Notes: generated from the letters alone by a model not told the origin. A stretch of DNA of 64,000 nt from Nitrospirota bacterium (GCA_035625205.1 DASPQB010000213.1:10-64009); one strand, 5' to 3'. Counted from the first letter of the stretch, positions 40,125 through 51,755 are shown. Made by a program: numbers and translations.

Positions 40125-40904
40125 TTATAGGACGCGTAGGATTTCTGTAGCACGGTAGCGGTCTGCCACGTAGAGAGTGAGTTTTTCTGACATGATCTTG
40201 CGATGGGTCTTGAGGGCCACGTCGGGATGATTATTCTGTTCCGAGAGATGGGCAAGACAGGCCCACTGAAGGCGGTTCGAACGGGATGCATGGAGCAGCA
40301 CCTCCGCAGCCTCGATATTTGAAATGTGGCCGCGCGGGCCTTTAATTCGCTGTTTGAGATATGCAGGATAGGGCCCGTGCGCAAGCATCTCCGGATCATA
40401 GTTACTCTCGAGGAACACGGCGTCGAGCGAAGACACGATGTGCACGAGGTCCTTGAACACGTGACCAAGGTCCGTAAGGATCCCCAGCCTCTTTTTGCCG
40501 GCCTCGATTACGAATGCCGATCCGTCCACACCGTCATGAGGCGTGGGGATCGCATACACGTGCACATCGCCGATCCTCAGTTTATCATTTGACCGGAAGT
40601 ATCGTACATCTTTTATTTTTCCGAGCGCACAACGTGACGATGCTGCTGCCAGCGTCGCTGGCGTCACGAAGATGGGGAGGCCGTATTTCCGATGCAGCAC
40701 TCCTGCATGCCGGATGTGGTCGGAATGGTCGTGCGAGATGATCACAGCGTCTATATCGTGAATCTTGCGGCCTTGCGCTGCGAGTCGCTCCTCCGTCTGC
40801 AGCCCGTTGATCCCGGCATCGAAAAGCAACCTTGTACCTTCGGTCTCGACATAGATACAGTTACCGCTGCTGCCCGATTGGAGTGAGATCGCAATCATGC
40901 TCAT
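40125..40904 (-). CDS. MBL-fold metallo-hydrolase
   Basis: HxHxDH motif (ISHDHSDHIRHAG), then later His and Asp ligands. Confidence 0.8.
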   Translation of the reverse strand: MSMIAISLQSGSSGNCIYVETEGTRLLFDAGINGLQTEERLAAQGRKIHDIDAVIISHDHSDHIRHAGVLHRKYGLPIFVTPATLAAASSRCALGKIKDVRYFRSNDKLRIGDVHVYAIPTPHDGVDGSAFVIEAGKKRLGILTDLGHVFKDLVHIVSSLDAVFLESNYDPEMLAHGPYPAYLKQRIKGPRGHISNIEAAEVLLHASRSNRLQWACLAHLSEQNNHPDVALKTHRKIMSEKLTLYVADRYRATEILRVL

Positions 40905-41201
40905 GACGGATGCACTTTATCAGCCCAGAAGACGTTTGTCAACTGAAACACTGGAATATCTGGAGCAATCTGCTAAACAGTGATTCGTTCACATGTAACA
41001 CACTTAAGCGTGGCTGGCTCGATCGGTAAGATTGCAAGCTTTTATTCGTTTACAGGAAGTCTGGCAAACATGGCGTATGACATCGGTCTTTTGGAGAAAT
41101 CCGCTCGCGGCATTACCGCTTGTTCTCTGTAGTGAGGGGTTTCTTTGCGCATTGGTGTTTCTCCATGTACAGCACAGGTTCTTACGCAGAAGGGGAGCTT
41201 T

Positions 41202-41933
41202 ATGCAGAACCACGCGCTGCTCGATCGAGTTAGCATAGTCCTCGTAAACACCAAAACGCCGGCAAATATCGGTGCAACCGCTCGTTGTATGATGAACATG
41301 GGCCTCACACACCTCGTTCTTGTGAATCCACCCCATGACGATAACGGCGATGCCTCCAGACTTGCTGCAGGTGCTGACCATATTTTGCAGCGAGCGCTGG
41401 TCTTTTCCTCGCTTAAGGAAGCAGTCACTGGCCAGAGTTTGGTCATTGGCACCTCGCGTCGGAAAAGCAAGCGACGGAAGAACATCCTATTACCGCGCGA
41501 TATGGCTATGAGCGTTGTATCTCTCCTTGACGAGAATAAGGTGTCGATCGTATTCGGCAATGAAGTTACAGGGTTGGAAATCCGCGACATCACGCTTTGC
41601 CATGAATTGATATCTATACCTTCTGCTGAAGCATTTCCATCGTTGAACCTTTCTCATGCTGTCATGATAGTTGCCTACGAGTTGTTTCTGGCCGCTGTCG
41701 CGCCCACTGCGCCTTCGGCCAGAAAACTTGGACGTACAGAAGATGTGGAGCTTTTTTATGACCGTTTGGAGGATACGCTTCAAGCTATTGGTTTCTTTAA
41801 TGGCCAGGATTCCATCCGCATGATGCATTCGCTCAGGCAAATCTTCGCCAGGTCCCGGTTAGACAGCAGGGACGTAAAAATATTGCAGGGAATTCTCTCT
41901 ACTTTCAACAGGGTGAGAAGAAACAGTGCTTGA
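41202..41933 (+). CDS. trmJ: tRNA (cytidine/uridine-2'-O)-methyltransferase TrmJ (SpoU/TrmH family)
   Basis: SIVLVNTKTPANIGATARCMMNMG ... IVFGNEVTGL are the SPOUT class signature. The start is chosen at MQNHALL (41202). Confidence 0.8.
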   Translation: MQNHALLDRVSIVLVNTKTPANIGATARCMMNMGLTHLVLVNPPHDDNGDASRLAAGADHILQRALVFSSLKEAVTGQSLVIGTSRRKSKRRKNILLPRDMAMSVVSLLDENKVSIVFGNEVTGLEIRDITLCHELISIPSAEAFPSLNLSHAVMIVAYELFLAAVAPTAPSARKLGRTEDVELFYDRLEDTLQAIGFFNGQDSIRMMHSLRQIFARSRLDSRDVKILQGILSTFNRVRRNSA

Positions 41934-42028
41934 TGTTACCGCCCAATAATCCTCTGAGTAAAATCTACACGTAATTTTATTCTTCTCCATCAAATTACAA
42001 TTATAAATTAATGCCTAGCTGCACATTC

Positions 42029-42058
42029 TGGTTGACAAGTCTTGTCGTTAACACTATA
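42029..42058 (+). promoter_or_regulatory. Sigma70 consensus-like promoter for the two-CW gene, embedded in TTGTCA/TGACAA repeats
   Basis: TTGACA-agtcttgtcgttaacac-TATATT (17 nt spacer) in a 340 bp AT-rich tract. The -35 forms the palindrome TTGACAAG-tc-TTGTCG, and TTGTCA recurs twice more within 40 bp. Confidence 0.45.
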
Positions 42059-42275
42059 TTATTGTCAAGAAATTAAATAATTGTCAGCCTGTCCGGCAGC
42101 GATTCTGATACCTATCTCAAAGAAAATTGCGGCAACCTTTTTTCTTTTAGATAGGGGGCGGGCAAATAGAACGGTTGTTCACGACGCAGTATTTCAGAAC
42201 GAAGACTTTTTTTGTGAAAGCGAAATCAATAGGTGGTCTGATCTCAATCCATACGGGAAGGATTATTAGAAAGAT

Positions 42276-42650
42276 ATGGGAAAGTTGAATTGCTGGGAGC
42301 ATAAGATGTGTGGACGCCAGCCGGGTGGCCATAAGGCTCAGGAACTCGGTATATGCCCCGTCACCGTCTATACGGACCTCGATGGCGTACATGGCGGTGC
42401 TAATGCTGGCAGGGCATGCTGGGCAATAGCCGGATCGCTATGCGGTGGCAAAATTCAGGGGACGTATGCTCAAAAACTGAATAACTGCTGGAGATGTGAT
42501 TTTATGAATGCCGTTAAGAAGGAGGAAGCACCGACCCCCCTTGGCTTTTCTGCCACGCGTCTCGGATTGGACAAAGCACTGGAAAAACAACGGCTCATGG
42601 AAAGCGACGCTCTTGCCCCTGCTAGAAGGGTAAAGGAAGAACAGCACTGA
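42276..42650 (+). CDS. Small Cys/Trp-rich protein with duplicated CW motif (two-CW-domain-like)
   Basis: MGKLNCWEHKMCGRQPGG...GICPVT...GRACWAIAGSLCGG...NCWRCDF: repeated C-W cores in a 124 aa ORF, convergent with ftsZ and with its own promoter. Confidence 0.55.
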   Translation: MGKLNCWEHKMCGRQPGGHKAQELGICPVTVYTDLDGVHGGANAGRACWAIAGSLCGGKIQGTYAQKLNNCWRCDFMNAVKKEEAPTPLGFSATRLGLDKALEKQRLMESDALAPARRVKEEQH

Positions 42651-42760
42651 GCATCGGTATGACAATTCGTTCTTAAGAGAAGACTAGTATCTCGAACAGC
42701 GGGCCGCTGGATGCACGGATGTCGTAACGTGATATAAAAAACTTTGCACGCTGTTATTTT

Positions 42761-43879
42761 TTAGTCCGCTTGACGTCTAAGGAACGTGGGTTTGTCCAGG
42801 TCCTCGCTGTCGATGCCCAACGCCTCGTTCTTGAAATCAAAGGACTCCTGCCTGCGCTTCGGCCGTTCTGCAACCTTCATGAAATCCTTCAGGTTCACCG
42901 GCCGTTTTACGCGCTCTCGGATGCCCTCTTCGTCAAATCCCGTCGCAATGACCGTAACCATTACTTCCTCGCTCATCACGGGGTTGATCACTGCTCCGAA
43001 AATGATGTTCGCGCCCGGATCTACCTCGTCTTTGATGATCGCTGAAGCCTCGTTAAGTTCGTAGATCCCCATATCGTTGCCGCCGGTGATGTTCATGAGC
43101 ACCGCGCGGGCACCCTTGATGGATCCGTCTTCCAGCAACGGGCTTGCGATCGCCTTCTGGGCCGCATCGATAGCCCGTCCCTCGCCTTTGCTGATGCCGG
43201 TGCCCATCACGGCCCTGCCGCGGTTCGTCATCACGGTCTTAACATCGGCAAAATCGACATTGACATATCCAGGCACCATCACGACATCGGAGATACCCTT
43301 GACCGCCTGCCCGAGCACGCTGTCCGCTAATTTGAAGGACTCGAGGAGTGTGGTTTTCCTTTCCGCGAGATTCAGCAGTCGTTCATTCGGAATCACAATG
43401 AGCGCATCGACGTTCTTTTTGAGTTCGGTAAGTCCTTCTTCAGCCTTATGCATCCTGGTCATGCCTTCAAAACTGAACGGTTTCGTCACCACACCCACGG
43501 CAAGGGCGCCGACTTCACGTGCAAGGTTTGCGATCACCGGCGCAGCGCCCGTCCCCGTACCTCCACCCATGCCTGCAGTAATGAAGACCATGTCGGCCCC
43601 GTCGATCGCCACTTTGATTTTTTCAGAGTCTTCAAGCGCCGCGTTACGTCCAATCTCAGGATTTGCGCCGGCCCCCCTGCCGCAGGTGAGCTTTGACCCA
43701 ATCTGGAGCTTGATTGGCGCTCGTGCCAGATCCAAGGCCTGCATATCAGTGTTCACGACGATGAACTGCACTCCCTTGATGTCCGACTGGACCATGGTGG
43801 ACACGGCATTGCTACCGCCTCCTCCGACGCCAATAACCTTGATAACAGCTGGGACTCTCTCTTCCTCAAACTGAAACAT
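42761..43879 (-). CDS. ftsZ: Cell division GTPase FtsZ
   Basis: [26 protein letters not shown] ... GGGTGTG tubulin signature. The start is chosen at the canonical MFQFE; the ORF-track start at 43987 adds 36 aa. Confidence 0.9.
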   Translation of the reverse strand: MFQFEEERVPAVIKVIGVGGGGSNAVSTMVQSDIKGVQFIVVNTDMQALDLARAPIKLQIGSKLTCGRGAGANPEIGRNAALEDSEKIKVAIDGADMVFITAGMGGGTGTGAAPVIANLAREVGALAVGVVTKPFSFEGMTRMHKAEEGLTELKKNVDALIVIPNERLLNLAERKTTLLESFKLADSVLGQAVKGISDVVMVPGYVNVDFADVKTVMTNRGRAVMGTGISKGEGRAIDAAQKAIASPLLEDGSIKGARAVLMNITGGNDMGIYELNEASAIIKDEVDPGANIIFGAVINPVMSEEVMVTVIATGFDEEGIRERVKRPVNLKDFMKVAERPKRRQESFDFKNEALGIDSEDLDKPTFLRRQAD

Positions 43880-44089
43880 CCCTGTTACCCTCCTCTCCTC
43901 GCACGATTCGGTAAGCTCCGAATGCTTATGCAAGCTGGCAGCAAATTCTATGATATCCTGAAACCCGAGTTCTAGATTGTCGTCCATGTCACCTCCGGAT
44001 CTCGTGAATTAAGAGCAGTCTTCATTAATTGAAGGCGAGAAAATTAAATTAAGTATCGGCAATTTCCGCTTTTCCATTTCGCGATATCG

Positions 44090-45337
44090 CTATATATATT
44101 CCCCTAGCCATTTCCAGAAGCGGCTGACCGAGCCGGCGCTCCTGAAAGAACGCGGCGCTTCTTTCCGGTTTTCCGCGCCGTAAAGCACTAAACCCACCCC
44201 CGTCGCATAAATGGGACTATTGACCACATCCATCAGCCCACCGATGTTTCGCGGCGTGCCTCGCCTTATGGGGAGGCCTAAAAAGCGTTCGGCAGAGTCC
44301 TGTACGCCTTCCATGAGCGCCGTACCTCCGGTCAGGACGACGCCGGACGCGAACATGTCCTCGAACCCTGTTTTCTTAAGCCTCTGTTGCACCATCCCGA
44401 ACAATTCTTCAACGCGCGGCTCGATAATCTCGCAAAGGATCTGGCGCGACAAGAGCCGAGGTGGCCTGCCTCCCACGCTCGGAACATCAAGCGTGTCCTC
44501 ACTTTTTACAAGGGACGAGAGGGCGCAACCGTATTTGATCTTGATCTTTTCAGCCTCCGACGCAGGTGTACGGAGACCGATGGCGATATCGTTCGTAAGG
44601 TGGTTCCCACCGATAGGCAGCACTTCGGTATGCCATAAACTTCCTTCGAGAAAGAATGCGAGGTCTGTCGTCCCTCCTCCGATGTCGACGACCACGACAC
44701 CGAGTTCCTGCTCCTCGGTCGTGAGTACTGCCCTGCTTGATGCCAGAGGCTGGAGCACCAGGTCGCTCACATGAAGCCCCGCGCGAGAGCAGCTCTTCAC
44801 GATATTTTGGATGGCCGTCACCGCGCCGGTGATGATATGCACTTTCACGTCGAGCCTCGTCCCTGACATACCGTGCGGGTCCTTGATACCGTCCTGGTCA
44901 TCAATGATAAATTCCTGGGGCAGGACGTGGAGAATCTGCTGGTCCATAGGGATGTTTACCGCCCGGGCCCCGTCAATCGCCCGAGCCACATCCGCAGACC
45001 CCACCTCACGGTTCTTGATCGCTGCGACGCCGCGGGAGTTGATACCCTTGATATGGCCGCCTGAGATACCGACATAGACCGAGTTGATTTCGACGCCAGC
45101 CATGAGTTCAGCTTCCTGCACAGCTTTCTTAATAGACTCCACCGTGCTGTCGATGTTGACTACCACACCTTTTTTCAGGCCATGGGAGGGACTAATGCCG
45201 ATTCCGATGATGTCAACCTGTCCGCCTTCCTTCACTTCTCCGACTATGGCGCACACTTTGGTTGTTCCCAGGTCGAGCCCGACGAGCACATTATCAGACT
45301 TTTTTTTAGCCACAACGCCTCCTTGGGTCCGGGTCAC
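44090..45337 (-). CDS. ftsA: Cell division protein FtsA
   Basis: LVGLDLGTTKVCAIVGEV actin-like ATPase N-terminus; located between ftsQ and ftsZ. Confidence 0.9.
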   Translation of the reverse strand: MTRTQGGVVAKKKSDNVLVGLDLGTTKVCAIVGEVKEGGQVDIIGIGISPSHGLKKGVVVNIDSTVESIKKAVQEAELMAGVEINSVYVGISGGHIKGINSRGVAAIKNREVGSADVARAIDGARAVNIPMDQQILHVLPQEFIIDDQDGIKDPHGMSGTRLDVKVHIITGAVTAIQNIVKSCSRAGLHVSDLVLQPLASSRAVLTTEEQELGVVVVDIGGGTTDLAFFLEGSLWHTEVLPIGGNHLTNDIAIGLRTPASEAEKIKIKYGCALSSLVKSEDTLDVPSVGGRPPRLLSRQILCEIIEPRVEELFGMVQQRLKKTGFEDMFASGVVLTGGTALMEGVQDSAERFLGLPIRRGTPRNIGGLMDVVNSPIYATGVGLVLYGAENRKEAPRSFRSAGSVSRFWKWLGEYI

Positions 45338-45367
45338 ATGTTCATTAATCAGGGATCAGGAACGTCT

Positions 45368-46261
45368 TTAGATCTTTTTCCGGATGCTGACCCCATGCCC
45401 CTTAACCCTATCCTTTTTCACCATCACCGCAGCCTGGCGTTCAGGACGAACGTCTACATAAGAGATCTCAATGCCGCGCTGCTTTACGTCAGCCATGACT
45501 TCTGCCAGCCTGAGGAGTTTTTCTGCATACCGCCCACTTCCCAGCCTGAATTCATGATCGGCGTAGAAGACGGTAAGCGCATCGGGCGAATTCGCCCTGA
45601 CGGTGACATCCGCGAGTTGCCAGCCACCTCGTTCCGCTATTTCATGGAGGAGCAGCACGACCTCAACAAGCCCTTCTGACGTCACCTGGTCGCCGGGCCT
45701 GGCAGGATAATCTTTGATGGCCACGACCGGGAGCAGCCAGGCTGAGGGATTTCCCTTCGGTAGCGGCTCGAGAATAACTCCGTCATCATCCATTAGGTAT
45801 CGTGCAGATCCCGTATCAAGGATCATCGTCGGGATCCGCTCAGAAAACACCATCGTTATGCGGTTAGGCAAGCTGCGGTGGATCCTGACCTCCCTGACCC
45901 AGGGGTTCGCACGCGCACGCCGCGCCGCAGCTTCAAGATCCACGCGAAAAATATTCTGTCCCGTAAAGGCTGCGACTATATCTCTTAAGTCCGCCTGGGT
46001 CAGCTGCTTCACACCCTTGATATCCACCCCGGAAACAACCAACGCGTCGGCATGCACTATCATCTGGTATACCTGCCACCCGAGGAATCCGGTGCCTGCG
46101 AGCATGACCACGACCGCCATCTTGACAATCATCCCGCCAATCCCGACCGAACGGCTCCCGGTTTGCATCGCACGGCGTCCCACATCGACCCGCATCTCCC
46201 TCGTCCAGTTCGATTTACCGAGGTACGATCTAGGCACTTTTACATTCTTATAATCTCTCAT
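45368..46261 (-). CDS. ftsQ: Cell division protein FtsQ (POTRA domain)
   Basis: Single transmembrane segment, then POTRA-like region; located between ddl and ftsA. Confidence 0.8.
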   Translation of the reverse strand: MRDYKNVKVPRSYLGKSNWTREMRVDVGRRAMQTGSRSVGIGGMIVKMAVVVMLAGTGFLGWQVYQMIVHADALVVSGVDIKGVKQLTQADLRDIVAAFTGQNIFRVDLEAAARRARANPWVREVRIHRSLPNRITMVFSERIPTMILDTGSARYLMDDDGVILEPLPKGNPSAWLLPVVAIKDYPARPGDQVTSEGLVEVVLLLHEIAERGGWQLADVTVRANSPDALTVFYADHEFRLGSGRYAEKLLRLAEVMADVKQRGIEISYVDVRPERQAAVMVKKDRVKGHGVSIRKKI

Positions 46262-46296
46262 CCACGTGGACCAAACTTATACACGCTGTTAACGAC

Positions 46297-47223
46297 CTAC
46301 TTTTCCGCAATCGCCAGCCTCAAAATCTCCTCCACGAGATCGGGAAATGAGATTCCCACGCCCCGCGCAATGTCCGGCAGAAGGCTCGTGGCAGTCATGC
46401 CCGGCAGGGTGTTCACTTCAAGGATGTAAGGCGACCCGCCTGCATCAATGATGAAATCGACCCTGCTGTAGCCTCTGCAACCCAAAGCACGGTGGGCAGA
46501 CAAACCTGCATCGAGGAGGCGCTCGTATGCAGCATCATCGATCCTGGCCGGGAAGAAGTGCTCTGACATCCCTTCCTTATATTTTGCCTCATAGTCGTAG
46601 AACACATTTTTCGGCACGATCTCGATAGCACCGAGAGCCCTATTGCCCAGAACCGCCACCTGCACCTCTTTGCCGGTAATATATTGTTCGATCAATATCT
46701 CACGATCATACTTAAATGCCAGTTCGACTGCCGGAACCAGCTCTTCGTTATTGTAAATCAGGCTCACACCGACGCTCGAACCTTCGGAGCTCGGCTTCAC
46801 GACAAGTGGATATCCGATGATCGATGGGACCTCATTCACCTGCTCCCGCTTTCCTGCATCAAGGACCATATAGGGGCCTACAAGAAGGCCGTGGGCCTTG
46901 AACAACAATTTAGAGAGGATCTTATTCATGCCCACAGCACTCGCAAGAATGCCCGAGCCTGTGTAGGGGATGCCCTCGATTTCGAGCAGCCCCTGGATTG
47001 CGCCGTCCTCGCCGAACTTCCCGTGCAGACCGTTGAATGCGATCTCGATTCCTGACGTGCGGATAACTTCTGCAACATTCCTCGTCACATCGATGGCGAC
47101 AGCATTGTACCCTTTTTCCTTCAACGCTTTCAGGATGGCACTGCCGGTCGAAAGCGATACCTCTCGTTCGGAAGAGATGCCGCCCATTAATACGCCGATT
47201 TTTTTGTTCGTTACCAATCCCAT
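46297..47223 (-). CDS. ddl: D-alanine--D-alanine ligase
   Basis: KIGVLMGGISSEREVSLSTG ... ATP-grasp Ddl signature. Confidence 0.9.
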   Translation of the reverse strand: MGLVTNKKIGVLMGGISSEREVSLSTGSAILKALKEKGYNAVAIDVTRNVAEVIRTSGIEIAFNGLHGKFGEDGAIQGLLEIEGIPYTGSGILASAVGMNKILSKLLFKAHGLLVGPYMVLDAGKREQVNEVPSIIGYPLVVKPSSEGSSVGVSLIYNNEELVPAVELAFKYDREILIEQYITGKEVQVAVLGNRALGAIEIVPKNVFYDYEAKYKEGMSEHFFPARIDDAAYERLLDAGLSAHRALGCRGYSRVDFIIDAGGSPYILEVNTLPGMTATSLLPDIARGVGISFPDLVEEILRLAIAEK

Positions 47224-47256
47224 GGCTCTTGACTTCTGCTCCTTGGCTTTTTCTCG

Positions 47257-48165
47257 TTAATCCTCTCCGATAATCTTAATCTCCGGCTCGAGCCGCACAC
47301 CGTGGATTTGAAGCACCTTTTGCTTCACGATCTCCATGAGCGCCAGCACTTCCGATGCCTTGGCATTGCCTCTGTTCACAATAAAATTGGCGTGTTTCTC
47401 GGAGACCTGAGCACTGCCCACGGATGTGCCTTTGAGCCCCGCTGCTTCTATCAGTTTGCCTGCCGACTCTTCCTGAGGATTCCTGAAAACCGAACCAGCG
47501 TTCGGTAGTCCTACTGGCTGCCACTGTTTCCTCGTACCGAGAATTTCCCTGACCTGTTCTTGAATCTTGTTCCGGTCGCCGCGACGCAGAATGATACGGA
47601 CGTCAAGGATTGCGTGCCCTTCCGGAATCGCGCTTGTCCTATACCCAAATTTCATCTCCTCTCGACCCCTTGTTACCATGTTGCCTTCGGGCGAAAGCAG
47701 TGTTACAGAATCAACTACATCGCCGAACTCTCCTACAGTGGTACCGGCATTCATGCATACTGCTCCACCCACGGTACCCGGAATGCCGGTGATAAATTCG
47801 AGGCCCGTCAGCCCTTCCTTGACGCAAAAAGAAAGGAGCTTCTGCAGTGGCACGCCGGCCTCTACAAAAACGACGGTGAACGCGCCACCGATCGAGCGAT
47901 ACTCGCGTTCAATCTTCATGGCCTGCATACGCTGCAGGCTGATCACAATGCCGCGAAACCCGCCATCCCGCACAAGGAGATTTGTTCCTCCTCCAAGGAC
48001 AAAGCATTTCAGTTTTTTTTCTCTTATCTCCTGTAAAAGGGTTGCAAGATCGTTGCGGTCGACGGGAATGGCAAATACATCTGCTGGCCCTCCGATGGCA
48101 TACGACGTATGTCTGCTCATCGGCTCATGCCGCTTGATTTCACCTTTAAAGCCTGTGATCTCCAT
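47257..48165 (-). CDS. murB: UDP-N-acetylenolpyruvoylglucosamine reductase MurB
   Basis: [13 protein letters not shown] ... [11 protein letters not shown]-binding signature. The start is placed at MEITGF (48165), which overlaps the end of murC by 20 nt. Confidence 0.85.
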   Translation of the reverse strand: MEITGFKGEIKRHEPMSRHTSYAIGGPADVFAIPVDRNDLATLLQEIREKKLKCFVLGGGTNLLVRDGGFRGIVISLQRMQAMKIEREYRSIGGAFTVVFVEAGVPLQKLLSFCVKEGLTGLEFITGIPGTVGGAVCMNAGTTVGEFGDVVDSVTLLSPEGNMVTRGREEMKFGYRTSAIPEGHAILDVRIILRRGDRNKIQEQVREILGTRKQWQPVGLPNAGSVFRNPQEESAGKLIEAAGLKGTSVGSAQVSEKHANFIVNRGNAKASEVLALMEIVKQKVLQIHGVRLEPEIKIIGED

Positions 48166-49531
48166 GCCGTAATTTCTCCAGAACTTGTTCACCCAGTTTC
48201 CAGACGTCTCCGGCACCGAGCGTGATCATGAGATCCCCTTTGTTGAGGACCTTTGTCAAGTGCTCGATCAGCTTATGCCGTTCTGGTATAAACGTGACGT
48301 CTTTGTGCCCGTGCTTCTTAATACCCTCGTAGAGCGCATGCCCGCTTACGCCGGGGATCGGCTTCTCTCCTGCCGCGTAAATGTCCATGACGATAAGCTT
48401 GTCCGCCTGGTTGAATGCCGTACAGAATTCCTCGAGAAGATACTGGGTCCTCGTGTACCGGTGCGGTTGGAACACCGCTACCACTCGCCGCTCCATACCC
48501 GCAGCCGCTGCTGCAAGTGTGGCCTTGATCTCCGTTGGATGGTGACCATAATCATCTACGACGATGACGCCACCCGCCTCTCCCTTGATTTGAAAACGTC
48601 TCTGCACGCCGCTGAACTCCCGAAGCGCCTTGCGGATCGTTTCAATATCGATGTCCAACTCGCACGCCACTGCGATCGCTGCAAGGCTGTTGCTGATGTT
48701 GTGCACACCCGGTACAGAGAGCTCAAAGAGCCCGAGGTCCTTGTTGTGATTCATCACTTTGAAAGTCGATCCCAGTGGACGGAGCGAGATGTCCCGCGCA
48801 TGGTAGTCGGCCTGAGTGCTCATACCGTAGGTTTGATACCTTTTCTGGAGCGACGGAATGAGCGCCTGGATGTGAGGCTGGTCAAGACAGAGGACGGATA
48901 CGCCATAAAAAGGGACCTTGTTAATGAATGTGAGGAAGGCCGCCTTTATTTCATCGATGTCTTTATAGTAATCTAGATGCTCCGCATCGATGTTCGTGAC
49001 CACGGCGATCGTCGGCGATAGTTTGAGAAAACTCCCGTCGCTCTCGTCCGCCTCGGCAACAAGGAACTCGCCCTGGCCGAGTTTGGCGTTCGTTCCCAGG
49101 CTGTTCAGTTTTCCACCGATCACGACGGTGGGATCAATGCCTCCCGCGGCAAATACCGTTGCAACCATGGAAGTCGTTGTGGTTTTGCCATGCGCGCCTG
49201 CGATCGCTACTCCGTACTTGAGCCGCATGAGCTCCGCGAGCATCTCGGCCCGTGGGATTACCGGTACCTGCTTCTCACGCGCAGCGATAACCTCCACGTT
49301 GTCGTTTTTTACCGCTGACGAGATCACGACCACGTGCGGCGATGTGATGTTCTCGGCCCGGTGGCCAACAAAGATCTCTCCGCCAAGACGCCTCAACCGT
49401 TCCGTCGTGTCTGATTCTTTGATGTCTGAGCCGGAAACGTTATATCCAAGGTTCAAAAGCACCTCGGCGATGCCGCTCATACCGATACCACCGATGCCGA
49501 CAAAGTGAATATGCTTAATTCGTTTGAACAT
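48146..49531 (-). CDS. murC: UDP-N-acetylmuramate--L-alanine ligase MurC
   Basis: [18 protein letters not shown] ... [11 protein letters not shown] Mur-ligase motifs. Confidence 0.9.
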   Translation of the reverse strand: MFKRIKHIHFVGIGGIGMSGIAEVLLNLGYNVSGSDIKESDTTERLRRLGGEIFVGHRAENITSPHVVVISSAVKNDNVEVIAAREKQVPVIPRAEMLAELMRLKYGVAIAGAHGKTTTTSMVATVFAAGGIDPTVVIGGKLNSLGTNAKLGQGEFLVAEADESDGSFLKLSPTIAVVTNIDAEHLDYYKDIDEIKAAFLTFINKVPFYGVSVLCLDQPHIQALIPSLQKRYQTYGMSTQADYHARDISLRPLGSTFKVMNHNKDLGLFELSVPGVHNISNSLAAIAVACELDIDIETIRKALREFSGVQRRFQIKGEAGGVIVVDDYGHHPTEIKATLAAAAAGMERRVVAVFQPHRYTRTQYLLEEFCTAFNQADKLIVMDIYAAGEKPIPGVSGHALYEGIKKHGHKDVTFIPERHKLIEHLTKVLNKGDLMITLGAGDVWKLGEQVLEKLRHGDHRL

Positions 49532-50606
49532 AGTCCTTACACATCCTCACGATCTCTTCTGCTCCCGTATTTTCCATACACGGTGTACGTGAAGGAGCGT
49601 CCTGCCCGACGTACTCTAATATCAGCCTGGCCAATGTCTCTGGCTTGAGGTCCCGCTGTGCAATCACGACCGCCGTGCCCCGCTCTGCCAGCGTTCGCGC
49701 ATTGTACTCCTGGTGATTATCGGCTGCGAAAGGATACGGTATCAGCACGGCGCGCTTTCCACAGACGGCGAGTTCCGCTACGGTTGTGGCGCCGGAGCGT
49801 GATACCACGAGGTCCGCGGCCGCGTATGCGCCTGCCATGTCTTGAATATAGGGTAGCACCACTGCATGAACGCCTGCATCACGATAGCTTGCTGCAACTT
49901 CAGTAACGTCCTTCTCGCCGGTTTGATGCAGGATCTGGAGATGTTCTGTTTTATTTAGAATGCCTGCAACATCCTTCATGGCCATGTTGATAGCATGGGC
50001 ACCGCCGCTCCCGCCCATAACAAAGACTGTAAAGTTTCCGGGCACAAGCCCGAAATCCTTGAGAGCTTTCTCACGATTCCCCTCGTCGATACCTTTTCTG
50101 ACCAGCGGGCCGACCTTCTTCGTCTTCTTAGCCGGGAAAAACGGCTGCGCCCCTGTGCCAGGAAAAGAGAGGATGACCTTACTTGCCAATCTCCCCAGCT
50201 TTCTATTTGCCAGTCCGGCATAGGAATTGGGCTCCACGATCAAAAACGGGATCCGGACGACCCAGGCAGCGAGTGCCACCGGTCCCGAGGAATACCCTCC
50301 CACGCCGATTACCACATCCGGTCTCTTTTCGCGGAGCAGGCGTATGGACTGCATTACGCTCAGCGGCAGTGTAACTATCGTTTTCACTGCAGAGCCGAAC
50401 GTCATGCCTTTCAGCTTTCCCACGGTGATGAAACGGACCGGCAGCCCTTCACGCGGAAGCACTTTTGCCTCGATTCCCTGCTCCGTGCCGATGAACAAAA
50501 CATCGTTGTTATGTTCTTTCAGCACTTCGCGCGCAATGGCGATCCCGGGATAGAGATGCCCACCAGTCCCTCCACCGGCGATGACGACTTTCATAGTTTT
50601 GTTCAC
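49515..50606 (-). CDS. murG: UDP-GlcNAc:undecaprenyl-PP-MurNAc-pentapeptide GlcNAc transferase MurG
   Basis: [19 protein letters not shown] ... GT28 signature. Confidence 0.9.
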   Translation of the reverse strand: MNKTMKVVIAGGGTGGHLYPGIAIAREVLKEHNNDVLFIGTEQGIEAKVLPREGLPVRFITVGKLKGMTFGSAVKTIVTLPLSVMQSIRLLREKRPDVVIGVGGYSSGPVALAAWVVRIPFLIVEPNSYAGLANRKLGRLASKVILSFPGTGAQPFFPAKKTKKVGPLVRKGIDEGNREKALKDFGLVPGNFTVFVMGGSGGAHAINMAMKDVAGILNKTEHLQILHQTGEKDVTEVAASYRDAGVHAVVLPYIQDMAGAYAAADLVVSRSGATTVAELAVCGKRAVLIPYPFAADNHQEYNARTLAERGTAVVIAQRDLKPETLARLILEYVGQDAPSRTPCMENTGAEEIVRMCKDYVQTN

Positions 50607-50627
50607 CCGGATCTTGGCTCCTCGAAG

Positions 50628-51740
50628 CTATCCGGTTTCTTTTGAAACATTTAATAATACCCCGAGCGCTCCCATGGTTATGACGAGCGACGAGCCTCCA
50701 TAACTTACCAGCGGAAGGGCAATGCCTTTGGTCGGCAGAAGCCCCGTGACCACAGCCATGTTGATCAGGCCCTGAAGGCAGATAAGTAGCGTCATGCCTA
50801 GGGCCAGGAGCCTGCTGAATGGGTCACCGACGGCCAGAGCGATACGGACGCCGCGCCACAGGATGATCAGGAAGAGCAGGATCACGACGAGCGCTCCGAT
50901 CAACCCCAGTTCCTCACCGATCACGGCATAGATGAAATCCGAATGCCGCTCTGGCAGGAAAAAGAGCTTTTGCCGCCCCTCCCCCAATCCGCGGCCAAAC
51001 AAGCCTCCGCTCCCGAAAGCTAGGAAAGACTGGATGATCTGGTGTCCTGCACCCTGCGGATCGGACCAGGGATCGAGAAATGCGACTATCCTTCTCCACC
51101 GGTATGCCTTGTGTGTCACGGCGACTATGACTAATGGAAGCACCGCAAGCAGCGTGCCGCCGATATGAAAAATATTCGCTCCTCCCGCAAAAAGCATGAT
51201 GACTACAACACAGGCAAGTGTCATGGCACTGCCAAAATCCGGCTGGAGGACAGCCACGCTCAGGAACACTACAGTCACGACATAGGCCGGCACCACCCCG
51301 TTCATGAAATCTCGGATACGCTCCCCTTTCTTGGCGATATAGTAGCTCATGTATACAACAACCGCCACCTTGGCGAGTTCTGCCGGTTGAAATGACATCA
51401 TGCCAAGCCGGAGCCACCTCCGCGACCCATTGACCATTCTGCCAATACCGGGGACGAGCGTGACCGCGAGGAGCATAAACGAGATCGCCATGATGGCCAG
51501 CACAACTTTTTGACCAGACAATATGTGGTGATCGATGCGCATGGTAACCGTCAGGAGTGCGAGGCCCACGGCTGCCCACAAGAGTTGCCGTTTCATGAAG
51601 AACGATGAGTCGTCATAGGTCGTAAGCGCCACCATGCTGCTGGAACTATATACCATCACCACGCTGATAACGAGCAGCATCAAGATAGCAAAGAGCAGCG
51701 TCTTGTCGTATTGTCCTTTATCGTGCGTCACATGTCGCAT
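50628..51740 (-). CDS. ftsW: Peptidoglycan glycosyltransferase FtsW (SEDS family)
   Basis: 370 aa polytopic SEDS protein lying between murD and murG in the dcw cluster. Confidence 0.9.
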   Translation of the reverse strand: MRHVTHDKGQYDKTLLFAILMLLVISVVMVYSSSSMVALTTYDDSSFFMKRQLLWAAVGLALLTVTMRIDHHILSGQKVVLAIMAISFMLLAVTLVPGIGRMVNGSRRWLRLGMMSFQPAELAKVAVVVYMSYYIAKKGERIRDFMNGVVPAYVVTVVFLSVAVLQPDFGSAMTLACVVVIMLFAGGANIFHIGGTLLAVLPLVIVAVTHKAYRWRRIVAFLDPWSDPQGAGHQIIQSFLAFGSGGLFGRGLGEGRQKLFFLPERHSDFIYAVIGEELGLIGALVVILLFLIILWRGVRIALAVGDPFSRLLALGMTLLICLQGLINMAVVTGLLPTKGIALPLVSYGGSSLVITMGALGVLLNVSKETG

Positions 51741-51755
51741 TAACCCTACCCCTCT

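Noticed and set aside
43077-43874. 265 aa ORF on the plus strand inside ftsZ
   Set aside because: Antisense to ftsZ and extremely Ser/Thr/Pro/Ala-rich low-complexity translation.
50914-51579. 221 aa ORF within ftsW in another frame
   Set aside because: Arg/Gly/His-rich out-of-frame translation of a membrane-protein gene; ftsW is the real gene.
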